Shown: positions 11,426 through 23,578, numbered from the whole stretch's first letter. The stretch is 63,862 nucleotides of DNA, filler included, from Lama guanicoe (GCA_013239625.1; 76 parts of 75 records of this genome joined end to end with filler, not necessarily neighbours in it); one strand, 5' to 3'. Notes: generated by a model not told the origin, from the letters alone. A program made the numbers and translations.

Positions 11426-12089
11426 NNNNNNNNNNNNNNNNNNNNNNNNNNNNNNNNNNNNNNNNNNNNTTAATTAATTAANNNNNNNNNNNNNNNNNNN
11501 NNNNNNNNNNNNNNNNNNNNNNNNNCCAGCGATTTGGACATACTGCTTCCCCAAGTTCCCATCCTCCACCTCTGCCCACCTCATCAGGGAACAGAAGAGG
11601 ATCTTTCTTCTCTGAGCTGCTTCCAAGGAACAGGCAGATGAAAGCCCCACTGTGGTTCCAGCTGCCTGCCTGGGAAATGAAAGAATCTTTGCCTCTAGGA
11701 AATCCTGGTTAGAAACTGCATCTCTAATTCCCCTGGGAATGAAGAGACACCGAGCAGAGGGCCTCTATGGTGGGTAAACGAAACCCAACTCATCTGAAAA
11801 TCACTCCATCTCCTCCCCTTCTTCTTGGTGTTTAGTGTAGGCAAACAGCCCAGGTCATCACCACATGGCTTTCATTTTTTTNNNNNNNNNNNNNNNNNNN
11901 NNNNNNNNNNNNNNNNNNNNNNNNNNNNNNNNNNNNNNNNNNNNNNNTTCTTCATATGTTGACTTCCTAAGGTCTCTTGTAGCTGAAAGTGGCCAGATCA
12001 ACTTCAGGCAGATTAGAAGTGAGCAATAGGATTGTGTGGACTGTGTGGGTTTGAGGGAGGCTGTTTAGATAGAGTAGATGCAGCTGAGT

Positions 12090-12366
12090 TGGCCCTTTGA
12101 CCCTTCCTCTTTCCTCCTTGCTGCCTCAGAGGTGAACGCATGGTGGCAGATCAAGTCCCGTGCTCCAGCAGCCATTTTGGAACAAGAGACTGCCTTGAGG
12201 ATGGACACCAGCTAAAAATACTGAAAGGGGCAGAAAGATGGATAATGGCTGACTACCGTGGTGTGCTGTTAACATTATGAACTCTCTACACTTGTAATTA
12301 TTTTCCATGAGAGAGGTAAAACCTTACCACTCTACGCCTGTGGTATTCTGGGTTTCTGCTCTATTA
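12090..12366. mobile_element. MLT1-like (ERVL-MaLR) LTR fragment
   Basis: cagcagccattttggaacaagagactgccttgaggatgga resembles MLT1 consensus. Confidence 0.5.
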
Positions 12367-12466
12367 NNNNNNNNNNNNNNNNNNNNNNNNNNNNNNNNNN
12401 NNNNNNNNNNTTAATTAATTAANNNNNNNNNNNNNNNNNNNNNNNNNNNNNNNNNNNNNNNNNNNN

Positions 12467-13209
12467 GTTTGAGGTTCCTGCATTTTTCAATATAAAACCG
12501 AGTTGGAGCTTGTAACTTCCCATATATATATATGTAGTGGTGTTTTCAACTGAAGAGAAATTTTGTGTTACCAACAAGCTAGGTGAAGGACGGCTTCACA
12601 AACGATTAACTCTCAAAACTGAGCATGTGGAGACACGTTCGTTATTCTAGCACAGAATGAACAGGTTGCAGTAGAAACACCTTCTCTGGATTCTCAGTCT
12701 GTCTCCTAGTGCCGGTTTGAAGTTCCTGCAGTTTTCTCTGTAAAACCGAAGTTTTCTCTAAAACCGACTTGGAGCTTGTAGCTCCCCATATATATGTATG
12801 TAGTGGATTTTGCCATTGAAGAAAAACATTGTGTTCCCGAAAAGCTAGGTGAAGTACGTCTTTCACACATGCTTAACTCTCAAATCTGAGCATGTGGAGA
12901 GACTTTCGTTCATCTAGCATAAAGGGAACAGGTTGCAGGGGAAACACTTACTCTGGTTTCTCAGTCTGTCTTCTAGTTCCACTTTGAAGATCATGCAGTA
13001 TTCACTGTAAAACCGAGATGGAGATTGTACCTCCACATAAATATGTAAGAAGTGGAGTTTGCAATGAACAGAAACTTTGTCTTCCAAAGAAGGTAGCTGA
13101 ACGACCGAATTCACACACGCATAACTCTCAAAAATGAGCATGTTGAGAGACATTCGTTCATCTAGCACAAAGGAACAGGTAGCAGAAAAAACACTTACTC
13201 TGGTTTCTC
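12467..13209 (-). repeat. 248-bp satellite, ~3 monomers (opposite orientation to 41353-42085)
   Basis: ctctcaaa..tgagcatgt at 12610, 12877, 13125 (267 with an internal duplication, then 248). Confidence 0.93.
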
Positions 13210-13729
13210 NNNNNNNNNNNNNNNNNNNNNNNNNNNNNNNNNNNNNNNNNNNNTTAATTAATTAANNNNNNNNNNNNNNNNNNNNNNNNNNNNNNNNNNN
13301 NNNNNNNNNCCCCTGGAGAACTCTTATTTAGCCATGTAAATAATGCTATCTATCTAAATTGTTACTAATCAATTCCCCTGAAGCTGGGTATGAGGGTGAG
13401 ATCCCGTCCCAAGACACAAATCCAACTTTTAAAAAATTCTAAGTTTACAAAGCAATAAGGAAGGTCTACTTCCTCTGAGTTAAGAGCAAAAGTGGTGGTG
13501 AGGGCATTCTAGAGACTCCTTTTCTCATCCTTCTTGGAATGTCCCACCCCCTTTGTAAGAGTGATGGCATTGGTTGGACTCTGTTCTCAGTGCTGGTTCC
13601 ATGGGTTGGGATGGTTACTATGTGTAGAGAAAGTCAGACCCCAAAAGGGGAACATGACACAGTTCACTGGGAGAAGAGGGTATCTGTTGACTGTAAAAGC
13701 CTTGTTCAGAAGGTCCACCATTGGCCCAG

Positions 13730-13890
13730 AGTGTGTGTGTGTGTATTACATATATACACACACATACATATATGTATTGAAGACTGTATAATGCACACAC
13801 ATACACACACATATATATATGTATTGAAGACTGTATAATGTGCATGCACACACACGCACATATATATACACATACATACAGTCTTCAATC
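13730..13890. repeat. Compound TG/CA/TA microsatellite with 47-bp direct duplication and inverted 14-mer
   Basis: attgaagactgtat at 13776 and 13823; reverse complement at 13876. Confidence 0.9.
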
Positions 13891-16274
13891 CAGGGTGTCC
13901 TAACAGTTGTCAATCTTTTCTACCAAAATACTGCAAGTTAGATTGGTCTGGCTTGGATATTACTTTTCCCCTGCAAACCCACAGCATTTAGCAAAAGAGG
14001 GCCTACGTACATCAACAGAAAAATCTATTTCTCCGGGGCTTATAAATTAAAATCCTTTGACTCTCGACTGTGTCCCTTTCTGTTCTTCTAATCTGAAATT
14101 ATCTCTTTTGCTTTAGTTATTATATTGAATCTGACTCAGATTTTCTATCAATTTAAATTTGTAAGTTTAAAAAATAGTGAAATTTTGTTAAAATTAATAT
14201 ATAGTTAATATATAGGGTTTACATTTTTTTAGGCTGTAAATCTTGACCCTGACACTTCCTGCCTGTAGTCTCTCATTTCTGATGTACATTCTCTAAGTCT
14301 TGATCTANNNNNNNNNNNNNNNNNNNNNNNNNNNNNNNNNNNNNNNNNNNNTTAATTAATTAANNNNNNNNNNNNNNNNNNNNNNNNNNNNNNNNNNNNN
14401 NNNNNNNATGCCCATCACTGCTTCCCTCATCAGTTTTATCATCGTCATAACCCTAAACACCATATATGAGAAAGTGGCAATCACGATGACTGACTCTGGT
14501 AAGCTTCTCCTGCAGCTGAGGTCATTTCTACACCAGTTTTAGAACCAGGTCAAAACAGAGACTGTATCATTTAGGCACTTCAATTCCAGTACATTACAAT
14601 CTTTAGAAAACTTCCAGTGTAAATGTATTTCTCTAGCCTATATGAGAAGTTAACTAGCTCCAGCTTTGCATTAGTAAAAGGACAAAGGAAGCATTAGAAT
14701 GTCCAAGCTCTGTGTAAACAGGTCAGTGCTGATAATAATAATTTCAATTACATTAGATCACATACCCTACAGTTGAAAATAAATAGTCCCTTTATTGCAA
14801 ATAAGTGGTAGAGGGTCGTGGATCCAGTGGCAGATTTGTTTGTGCGTTACGGAGAGGACAAGTAATCACAGTGTTATTTGTCTTCCCCCCAATGCTGTTC
14901 CTGTTAGTGTAGCTCCATTCTCATCATAATGTTTCTTCTCTCTGGCTTGTATCCCAGCTAGCAGCTTAGTGGCCCAAGTGCTTCCCACACATGGCACATG
15001 GCTGGGTTGTTCTCCTAGTGGTTTGCTCAGTAGTCATCTTCTGAAATCACTAAGACCAATTCAATTTCTGAACTAGGAGGATGACCCATTTTAAGTTCCT
15101 CAAATTTTTCTAGCAAGTTGCCCCGTATTTTGTTTGTTTTCTTCAATAGTCCTACCTTCCTGCCCTTCAGNNNNNNNNNNNNNNNNNNNNNNNNNNNNNN
15201 NNNNNNNNNNNNNNTTAATTAATTAANNNNNNNNNNNNNNNNNNNNNNNNNNNNNNNNNNNNNNNNNNNNCTGTTCGCGGTTCAGGAAGGGTAAGTCAGC
15301 ATCGCTGTCTTGATTTCATCGAGTCATTTGGTTTTCGACCTCAGTTGACGCTCCCTCCGCCACCGCCCCACTTTGAGCCCGACTGAGCTTTCCTACTAGC
15401 AGAAAGGCATCTAGATGTCTTAGGACATTGTCTGCGGGCTTTTCCTTCTAAGGCTTCAGCGCTCAGTGTGTATGCAGCCCAGATGGACTTCTGAAGAAGC
15501 AAGTGCATGCTCCCGAGGCTAGCTTCAGATCCCTCAGAAGCATCCGTGGAATCAGGGTGACGGTGTCGTTATTGATTTGTTGTTTTAAGTAGAACCAAGC
15601 ACCTGTCGTCTTTTGTGCTGATGGAGACTTGTGGACTTGGAGGCTCCCTTCCACCTCAGCCTTCATGGGAGTGTGTCTCTTGTGTTGAATGAAGGAAGCA
15701 AACCATTTGTGAACACTGCATGTCAGATACTGTGCTTGGTACGTTATCTCATGTTACCTGAATTGCCACCTGCAGAGAGGAAAGGGCAGAGACAGCTGTC
15801 TTTCAGATGAGACGCTTTTGGAAGGTCAAGCCAGTATTTATCGTCATCCAAATACTCAGACTTGAGATTGGAGCTTGAGATCCTCTTTCGGTTGCTGTAG
15901 CCCTTTTGATTGCTCCCTGTTTTCCTTAATTAGTGTTGGCAATAATTTTAGAATTGTAGCCTATTTTACCCTTACAAGCAAATTGATTTCAGAAATGTAT
16001 TCAAATTTGAATGTTCAAAATTTTAGGAATGCATAGTGGTAATGTTTTACCATGTTTGCTATGCTAGATAAAAGAGAATGTATAATGTGTAAGAAAATTT
16101 TTTGAATATTTCCTTCAGTTTGTGTTAGCTTTTGTTAATGAATATCCGGACTTGAGAACCATTCTAAGTGAAAGANNNNNNNNNNNNNNNNNNNNNNNNN
16201 NNNNNNNNNNNNNNNNNNNTTAATTAATTAANNNNNNNNNNNNNNNNNNNNNNNNNNNNNNNNNNNNNNNNNNN

Positions 16275-16696
16275 NCAGCCTGGCCCTGCCCGCCGCTGCC
16301 AGCCCGCGTCTCAGGCTGGGTGTCAGAGGGACGCTCTGTGCCCGTTTAACTTAGATCTGTCAGACAAGGGCTGCTCTGTACAGATCCGAGCCTTGGAGGC
16401 TCCCCCTCCGTCCCGCTGGCCTCTCAATTGGAGAGGGGAGACCCAGCGAGCAAGCGCCAGTCCTCCTCTGCCGCTCCCTCCCNNNNNNNNNNNNNNNNNN
16501 NNNNNNNNNNNNNNNNNNNNNNNNNNNNNNNNNNNNNNNNNNNNNNNNTCTTTACTTTATCTTTAGGGCGATGATCTGTTGGAGTTCCGCAGGTGCTCTG
16601 GTTGGCTGAGTGGGTCTGTAGATGTGGGTCTTGGTGTATTTGTGGGAGAGGGTGACTTACAAGCGTCCTTCTACTCCGCCATCTTGCCTGGAAGTC
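16275..16696 (-). mobile_element. LINE-1 5' UTR including the extreme 5' end and YY1 site
   Basis: Minus strand begins GACTTCCAGGCAAGATGGCGGAGTAGAAGGACGC; CpG-rich UTR follows. Confidence 0.85.
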
Positions 16697-17021
16697 AAGA
16701 ATAGTTTTTTTTTAATTAATGAAGTTACTTTACACTCTTAGTTTTCTGAGAGTTAGAAAAATGAAGATATTGAATTTTATCAAGTGCATTTTCTGGATCT
16801 GTTGAGATTATTATATGGTTTCTCCTTTATTTTGTCATTCTTAGAATAAATTCTACTTGTCATTATGTTTTATTCTCTCTTTTTTAACATTTTTTATTGA
16901 TTTATAATCATTTTACAATGTNNNNNNNNNNNNNNNNNNNNNNNNNNNNNNNNNNNNNNNNNNNNTTAATTAATTAANNNNNNNNNNNNNNNNNNNNNNN
17001 NNNNNNNNNNNNNNNNNNNNN

Positions 17022-17514
17022 TTTCAGGTGGAAACAACACTACAAACATACATATGGGGAGGTATAAGCTACAACACGGATTTACATTGAAAATTGCAGG
17101 AAATAAAAATTGGCACCATGAAACAGACTGAGAAACAAGGGTGAGGGTTCCTCCAGAAACACGTATCCATTGGGAAACATGAACGAATGAATAACCGCAT
17201 GTGTATCTTTCAACTGAAACGAAACTATGTGTTCCCAACAAGTTAGTAGAAGAACGGTTTTGAACACATTTATCTCTCAGAACTGACATGTGGAGAGAAG
17301 ACATTTCATTTGGCACAAAGAGAAAGGATTGCAGGAGGAACACTTACTCTGGTATCTCAGGCTGTTTCCTTGTGCCGGTTGAAGTTCCTGCAGTTTTTAC
17401 TGCAAAAGCGAGTTGGAGTTTGTAACTACCCGTATATATTTCTGTGGTGGAGGCTGTAAGTGAATACAATATTTGTGTTCCCAAAAAGGAAGATGAAGGA
17501 CGGGTTTCACACAT
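17022..17514. repeat. Diverged 248-bp satellite with internal orientation switch near 17201
   Basis: 17022-17200 matches the 41k orientation; 17201-17514 matches the 12k orientation. Confidence 0.85.
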
Positions 17515-18169
17515 NNNNNNNNNNNNNNNNNNNNNNNNNNNNNNNNNNNNNNNNNNNNTTAATTAATTAANNNNNNNNNNNNNNNNNNNNNNNNNNNNNN
17601 NNNNNNNNNNNNNNAAGCAGTAGGGAAGTTCCAGGGAGACATAGACACAACTTGGAAAATCACTGCGAAGGAGGAAGACAGTCTTGGGCCCAACCTCAGA
17701 CACCACCCGCACACCACTGTCCTTTCTCACTGGGGCCTGGAAGCTGCCGCAGCTCAGAATTCAAGAAAACCTCTGATTCGGGTACCGGCTGGGGTTACCA
17801 GTCCTGCAGAGCACTGGCCTTGGGGGACACGGCTTTGCTGTTCCCCCTCCCCTTCCCCGAGCCTCCCAGGCAGAGCTGAGGCTCATCTCCAAGGATAGGT
17901 ACCCCCAGAGCCTGCCTTCCCCACTCTGCCCAGTGCCCCGCAGGGCTCAGCTCAAAGCTCCCTCCTCCAGGCAGGCCTCCCTCCCACTGTCTCTGTCACA
18001 CTACTTCTTGACCCCCTCTGTCCTTAGCCAAACAGCCAAGCTTTGTGTTCCGACTGTGGGATATTGCATAGCACGCTCTCTTCCCTGTTCCCCTCCCAGC
18101 CCTGCCCTTACCTCTGAGAAGCAACAGCTGACTCGTAATAATAAGTGAATAACATGTACAAAGGGGAGC

Positions 18170-18390
18170 ATCTGGAATGCCTACTGACAGCTATGGTGAT
18201 GGTGCACATGATTTCATTCGTGGTCTCAATAAACTTATGAAATGGGTATTCTCACAACCCCATTTTACAGATGAGGAAACTGAGGGCCAGAGAGATTAAG
18301 GAACCAGCCTGAAATGCAGATCGAAGTCAATGGCAGAGTTGGGATCAGAGCCCAGGTCTAGCTGCTGCTAAGGTCCAGGCTCTCAGCCAC
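18170..18390. mobile_element. MIR SINE
   Basis: cccattttacagatgaggaaactgagg core; ggcagagttgggatcagagcccaggtct. Confidence 0.85.
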
Positions 18391-18710
18391 CACAACCCTG
18401 CCTTCCCCCTATTACTCAGGGACAACTTGGTACCTCTTCTGTCTTCTCCAGAAGTGAATCCCAAAGCAACTAAATCTAGTGTCACATCCTGTCCAGAAAA
18501 CGGTGACTCGGTCTCCCGTGCAGCCATCCCCCTGTTCCTCATTGGAGCCCCCTAAATAAGCCAGGACCCCAGAACCCTGTACGGCAGAGCTGAAGGTCCT
18601 CTGGTCCCCTNNNNNNNNNNNNNNNNNNNNNNNNNNNNNNNNNNNNNNNNNNNNTTAATTAATTAANNNNNNNNNNNNNNNNNNNNNNNNNNNNNNNNNN
18701 NNNNNNNNNN

Positions 18711-19850
18711 TACAATTTTAAATGACAAGTTACAAAGTGAGTATTTACAAACCGAATCTCCCCTCCTAGGTGTCAGTTTAAACAGTCAAAAAATGTAATA
18801 CCAAAAAATTCTCACTTAAAAAATTAACAAAATCCTCAACAATAATCTGGAATAAACTCAAAATTAATGCCCATGTTCTACATGGAGAAAACTACAGGAC
18901 TGTACTGAGGGGTAAGTAAGAAGTGTGAAATGTATGGACATCAACATTNNNNNNNNNNNNNNNNNNNNNNNNNNNNNNNNNNNNNNNNNNNNNNNNNNNN
19001 NNNNNNNNNNNNNNNNNNNNNNNNNNNNNNNNNNNNNNNNNNNNNNNNNNNNNNNNNNNNNNNNNNNNNNNNNNNNNNNNNNNNNNNNNNNNNNNNNNNN
19101 NNNNNNNNNNNNNNNNNNNNNNNNNNNNNNNNNNNNNNNNNNNNNNNNNNNNNNNNNNNNNNNNNNNNNNNNNNNNNNNNNNNNNNNNNNNNNNNNNNNN
19201 NNNNNNNNNNNNNNNNNNNNNNNNNNNNNNNNNNNNNNNNNNNNNNNNNNNNNNNNNNNNGGGATTTCAAATCAAAGAGCAAAGTATGAATTCAATAATT
19301 GTTCTGGGACAATCAGAGAATCCCCTGCAAAGAACAAATTCTATTCCTGTCATAATGACCACAAGAAAACTTACAGATAGTGATGTAAATATTAAAAAGT
19401 ACTAATAAGAGCAAATACAACCCTTTGCTCATATTACTTCAACTTCTCCTCACTGGAACAATTACCATTATCATCTCCATCTTAGAGATTAAAAAACCTA
19501 CAGAAGAGATTGATACCATTATAAGAAAGTATTTCTAAGAATAATACCAAAGTTAAAACCCAAAAGGAAGACATTTAGTATCTTAAGAATATGTTGGGCC
19601 ACAACAAAAATAAACCTACTGAACAAAATGAAAGGCAAGAAATGACAAGAAAAAGCTGAGTGGTACATGTTGATGAAGACAAGGGGTTAATGTTCATGAC
19701 ATACAAAGAGCTGTCACAAAGCAACAAGAAGCTCCCTCAACTCCCTCACTGTGTGAAACGGACAAAAGGGATCATTCACTTTTAAAAAGTCAGATGGCTA
19801 CTGAGTGAAAAATACTGAATACCTCACTGGTCAACAAATGCAAGTTAAAA
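18711..19850 (+). mobile_element. Highly degenerate LINE-1 ORF2 fragments
   Basis: A-rich sense strand; ggagaaaactacagg, aaggggttaatgttcatgacatacaaagagc, caaatgcaagttaaaa. Confidence 0.55.
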
Positions 19851-20129
19851 NNNNNNNNNNNNNNNNNNNNNNNNNNNNNNNNNNNNNNNNNNNNTTAATT
19901 AATTAANNNNNNNNNNNNNNNNNNNNNNNNNNNNNNNNNNNNNNNNNNNNCACGTGATTGTTGAGGGCAGATTTCATGTTAGGTGTTGTGTAATCACAGG
20001 TTTTAAAACCTATAGCCACGAGTGGCTTGGAACTGTTTTGTCTCTGACCCACCCTAGTGCTGCTGCAAAGAACACTTTGAAGACATATACTACAAAGGAC
20101 ACTACCTACAGCCACAGCTCCAGTAAGAA

Positions 20130-20456
20130 GAAATGACAAACATGGGCAAGAGACATGAACTGACATCACACCAACAAGGGCAAACAGATGGTCAACACAC
20201 AGATGAAAGGAATATCAACCCTGGCAGTCATTAGGGAAATACAAACTTAAGACAGCCCCCAGAATGGGAGGAAATATTTGGAATCATATGTCTGATAAGG
20301 GTCTAATATCTCAAATATATAAGGAACCATTACAACTCAACAATAAAAGGACAAACCAATTAAACCTGGGGAAAAGGCTTGAACAGACATTTTTCCAAAG
20401 GAGATACGCAAATGGCCAATAAGCACACATGAGAAGACACTCAAATCAACAGTCAT
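20130..20456 (+). mobile_element. LINE-1 ORF2 3' fragments
   Basis: agaatgggaggaaatatttggaatcatatgtctgataagggtctaatatc; gaacagacatttttccaaag. Confidence 0.85.
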
Positions 20457-20556
20457 NNNNNNNNNNNNNNNNNNNNNNNNNNNNNNNNNNNNNNNNNNNN
20501 TTAATTAATTAANNNNNNNNNNNNNNNNNNNNNNNNNNNNNNNNNNNNNNNNNNNN

Positions 20557-20776
20557 AGGGAGCTGTACTTGGCAGTTGGATTAAGAGTCGCTGTGTACCT
20601 TCCGTTCAAATTCTTGCTGTCACTGTCACTGAAAGTCATGATTATCAGGGAATCAAGAGCTCTCTCCGCGTCCTGTTTGTACCACCTTAAGTTGTTAAAG
20701 GGACTCACTGTATAATTGCACTGAAATGTGCAATTCTCTTCCTCCAGGACAGTCAGAGATGGAGGACTCTGTTCCA
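20557..20776 (-). CDS. TRAV10: T-cell receptor alpha variable exon, TRAV10 (V-alpha24) orthologue, truncated by gap and scaffold end
   Basis: EQSPPSLTVLEEENCTFQCNYTVSPFNNLRWYKQD...MTFSDSDSKNLNGRYTATL vs recalled human TRAV10 EQSPQSLIILEGKNCTLQCNYTVSPFSNLRWYKQD...MTFSENTKSNGRYTATL; first Cys and Trp kept. Confidence 0.92.
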
Positions 20777-21016
20777 NNNNNNNNNNNNNNNNNNNNNNNN
20801 NNNNNNNNNNNNNNNNNNNNNNNNNNNNNNNNNNNNNNNNNNNNNNNNNCTTCTGCTTTCCTTCCTCGTCTCCGCAGTGAATCCCAAGAGAATCATAAAA
20901 TGGCCCCATGTTCTTCCCTCCTCCTACCCCAGTGCGATGTGTCTTTGCTGAAACTCCTAAGAAAACGTTCCCTGGGCTTCCTGTGTCCAACTGGCTAATC
21001 CTCTTCACTAACTTAC

Positions 21017-21068
21017 AATAAAAATAAAGCCACAAAGCCACCAGGGAGGTCCTCAGATGCTTCGCCGT
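21017..21068 (-). pseudogene. TRAV10: TRAV10 leader exon with ACG in place of ATG
   Basis: 52 nt reading (T)AKHLRTSLVALWLYFY then |GTAAGT; human leader recalled as MKKHLTTFLVILWLYFY; functional status uncertain. Confidence 0.8.
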
Positions 21069-21125
21069 CCTTCTTCGGCTCAGGGCTGTCCCCTAAACTG
21101 ACTTGTCTGTTCAACATCTTTTATT

Positions 21126-21134
21126 TTTTTATAT
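21126..21134 (-). promoter_or_regulatory. Candidate TATA box of the TRAV10 promoter
   Basis: ATATAAAAA on minus strand ~60 bp upstream of the leader start. Confidence 0.45.
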
Positions 21135-23518
21135 CCACAGAGGTACTCTCGGGGTGTACGCTCAGCCAGTCAGAGACCGCATACCTAGTCAGTCAACGAC
21201 CAGGTCTTGCTACTCCTGCGCAATCCTGTCTCTAGGCAGAGCCAAGGCCAACACTGCCACCTTGGGGTCAGAGCTTACAGCTGCTTAAGGCTGATGAGAC
21301 TTCTTGCTAGGTTTCCTCCTCACTATTGTAACGTGGTTCAGAATAGAAGTCCCGTATGTCTCCGTAAGCACTGCGGTTTAGTGGATAAACGTGTTCGATG
21401 ACCTCAGGCTGAAATCTGCCTGTGTTGGATAGGAGCTCTCTCAGCTGANNNNNNNNNNNNNNNNNNNNNNNNNNNNNNNNNNNNNNNNNNNNTTAATTAA
21501 TTAANNNNNNNNNNNNNNNNNNNNNNNNNNNNNNNNNNNNNNNNNNNNATGAGCTTTGAAATCAGACTGGTTGAAATTTGTGTTCTGACCCAACCACTTA
21601 CTAGCTTGATGGTTTGATCAAATGAATAACTTTCACTGAAGTTACTTTAAAACCCTTTCAAATAAAAAATTGAGGGGGGCGGTTATGAACATAGAATTTT
21701 TGTTCAAAAACCCCTGTATCTTAGCTATCTGTCTTGGCTTATTTTTACATGTTACTACAAGAACATGAAGTTAGAGGTGAGGATGACATAGAGAGGAATT
21801 GTTCTTCCTGAAATAGTATGTTAGAAATTAATAGCAGGTATTCTGGCATATGAATAAAGGGCCCCTGGAGGTCCAGTGTGAAGCAGCCTTTGTTAAAAAA
21901 AAGACTAGCTTTCCCTTTATTGAAATCCTCCTAGGGAGTTAACACATTTTCACTCCACAGGTATTCTCTTGTTCGTGTTGCTGTTATTTTCTTATCTATT
22001 TTTAATTTATTTTCCTATGATAAAATTTAGAAGATTGAGCATCTCCTCGCTCAGTAGTAGCTCCCGTAGTGAAGTGAAAAGCTTTCTGCAGCCCTAAGTA
22101 TCAAAGGCTGTCCCACCATGATGTTGTTTATTACTAGATAAAAGCTTGCAGGTTATCCTCCCAGCACAACACAGAGGACCACTACGTACGTATCCTTATC
22201 CCATCCCATTCCAGTTCTATGACCACACAAAGTGCATCCTTTTTAAACAAAAATATTGAAGTATACAATATCTGCCAGGCTTTCGGCATGTAGTCAGCTT
22301 CATAAACTCTATCTGTATCTTAAAAGCATATTTANNNNNNNNNNNNNNNNNNNNNNNNNNNNNNNNNNNNNNNNNNNNTTAATTAATTAANNNNNNNNNN
22401 NNNNNNNNNNNNNNNNNNNNNNNNNNNNNNNNNNACTTGTAGAAAATGGGTTGTAGAAATTGGGGAGTTTGTGATTCAGATCCTGGGATGATTCTCATGG
22501 TGTTACAGGGACAGGAAGAGCAGTTAAAGCTTCAGGTATGGATGTAACCGGGAACTAAAAGCGAGACCAAGGCAGCTACTCCCTTTCCTCTTGACATTTA
22601 CAAAATCTTCTTGCATCCTGCATCTCTGCACAAGTGTTTTTGTATTTTCTCTCTTTTCACTTTGACCACATCCCCATGCACTTGGCAGAAGAGAGCTGAC
22701 CATAGCTTCCCAGAGGTATGTGTCTTCAGAGCACTCTGACTCCTGGGGGAGAGAATCTGATCCAGCTTGGGCTAGTGTCCACCGTGGATCCAGGACACCT
22801 GAGGCCCAGGCGGCATCATTTGATAAGGCTAGACCTCTCTAAGGTGGCGCAGTGAGGTGGGGGTGGGCATGAGATGTCTCCCGCTGACCTCTGACTAACC
22901 AGGTTAGTTCTTGGTGCTGCTTCCCCTGCTCTTGTGCTGGGCCGAGGCCTGCTGTTGGGGGCGGGTTGGAAATAGACAGAACAGGGGTTTGGGTTGCTTT
23001 TAGGGCTGTTCAGCATTCCTGTCCCTGGTAGTATGGGCGTGGCAGCCAAACTGGGTGGCATTCTTTACAGCTCATTTAAGTTTTGATACATGTGTAACGT
23101 GTGAGTTATGCAGCCTAACAGTAATCCCCCAGGAACCCAGCACCCACAGATTGACTTAAGAACAGATATTCTAAGGCCCATGTTCTGATCCGTGGCTGNN
23201 NNNNNNNNNNNNNNNNNNNNNNNNNNNNNNNNNNNNNNNNNNTTAATTAATTAANNNNNNNNNNNNNNNNNNNNNNNNNNNNNNNNNNNNNNNNNNNNGC
23301 AAACGTCGGGACGCAGGGGCGACGCATCCATCCGCTCATGTGCACTAGCGACCCTAGTCGGCTAGGTGATACAGGACGACGAAAGTCAAGAAAACAAGAC
23401 GGTACCTCCTCGCCAGGGGTGCGTGCGTCCTCCTCCGGTCCCGAGGGGAAAGGTGACTCTTCACCTAGAGGGTGCAGTCACACAAAGATTATTCAGAGAC
23501 ATCACTGACCACTTTGAC

Positions 23519-23519
<1 letters not shown>

Positions 23520-23575
<56 letters not shown>
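23520..23575 (+). repeat. (AC)28 microsatellite
   Basis: Perfect dinucleotide run. Confidence 0.98.

Positions 23576-23578
<3 letters not shown>

Noticed and set aside
15271..15296. Strong donor AAGG|GTAAGT at scaffold start
   Set aside because: Only 20 nt of putative exon; cannot be identified
1352..21448. Apparent linkage of ANKRD26-like, TRAV10 and satellites
   Set aside because: They lie on separate scaffolds joined by artificial linkers
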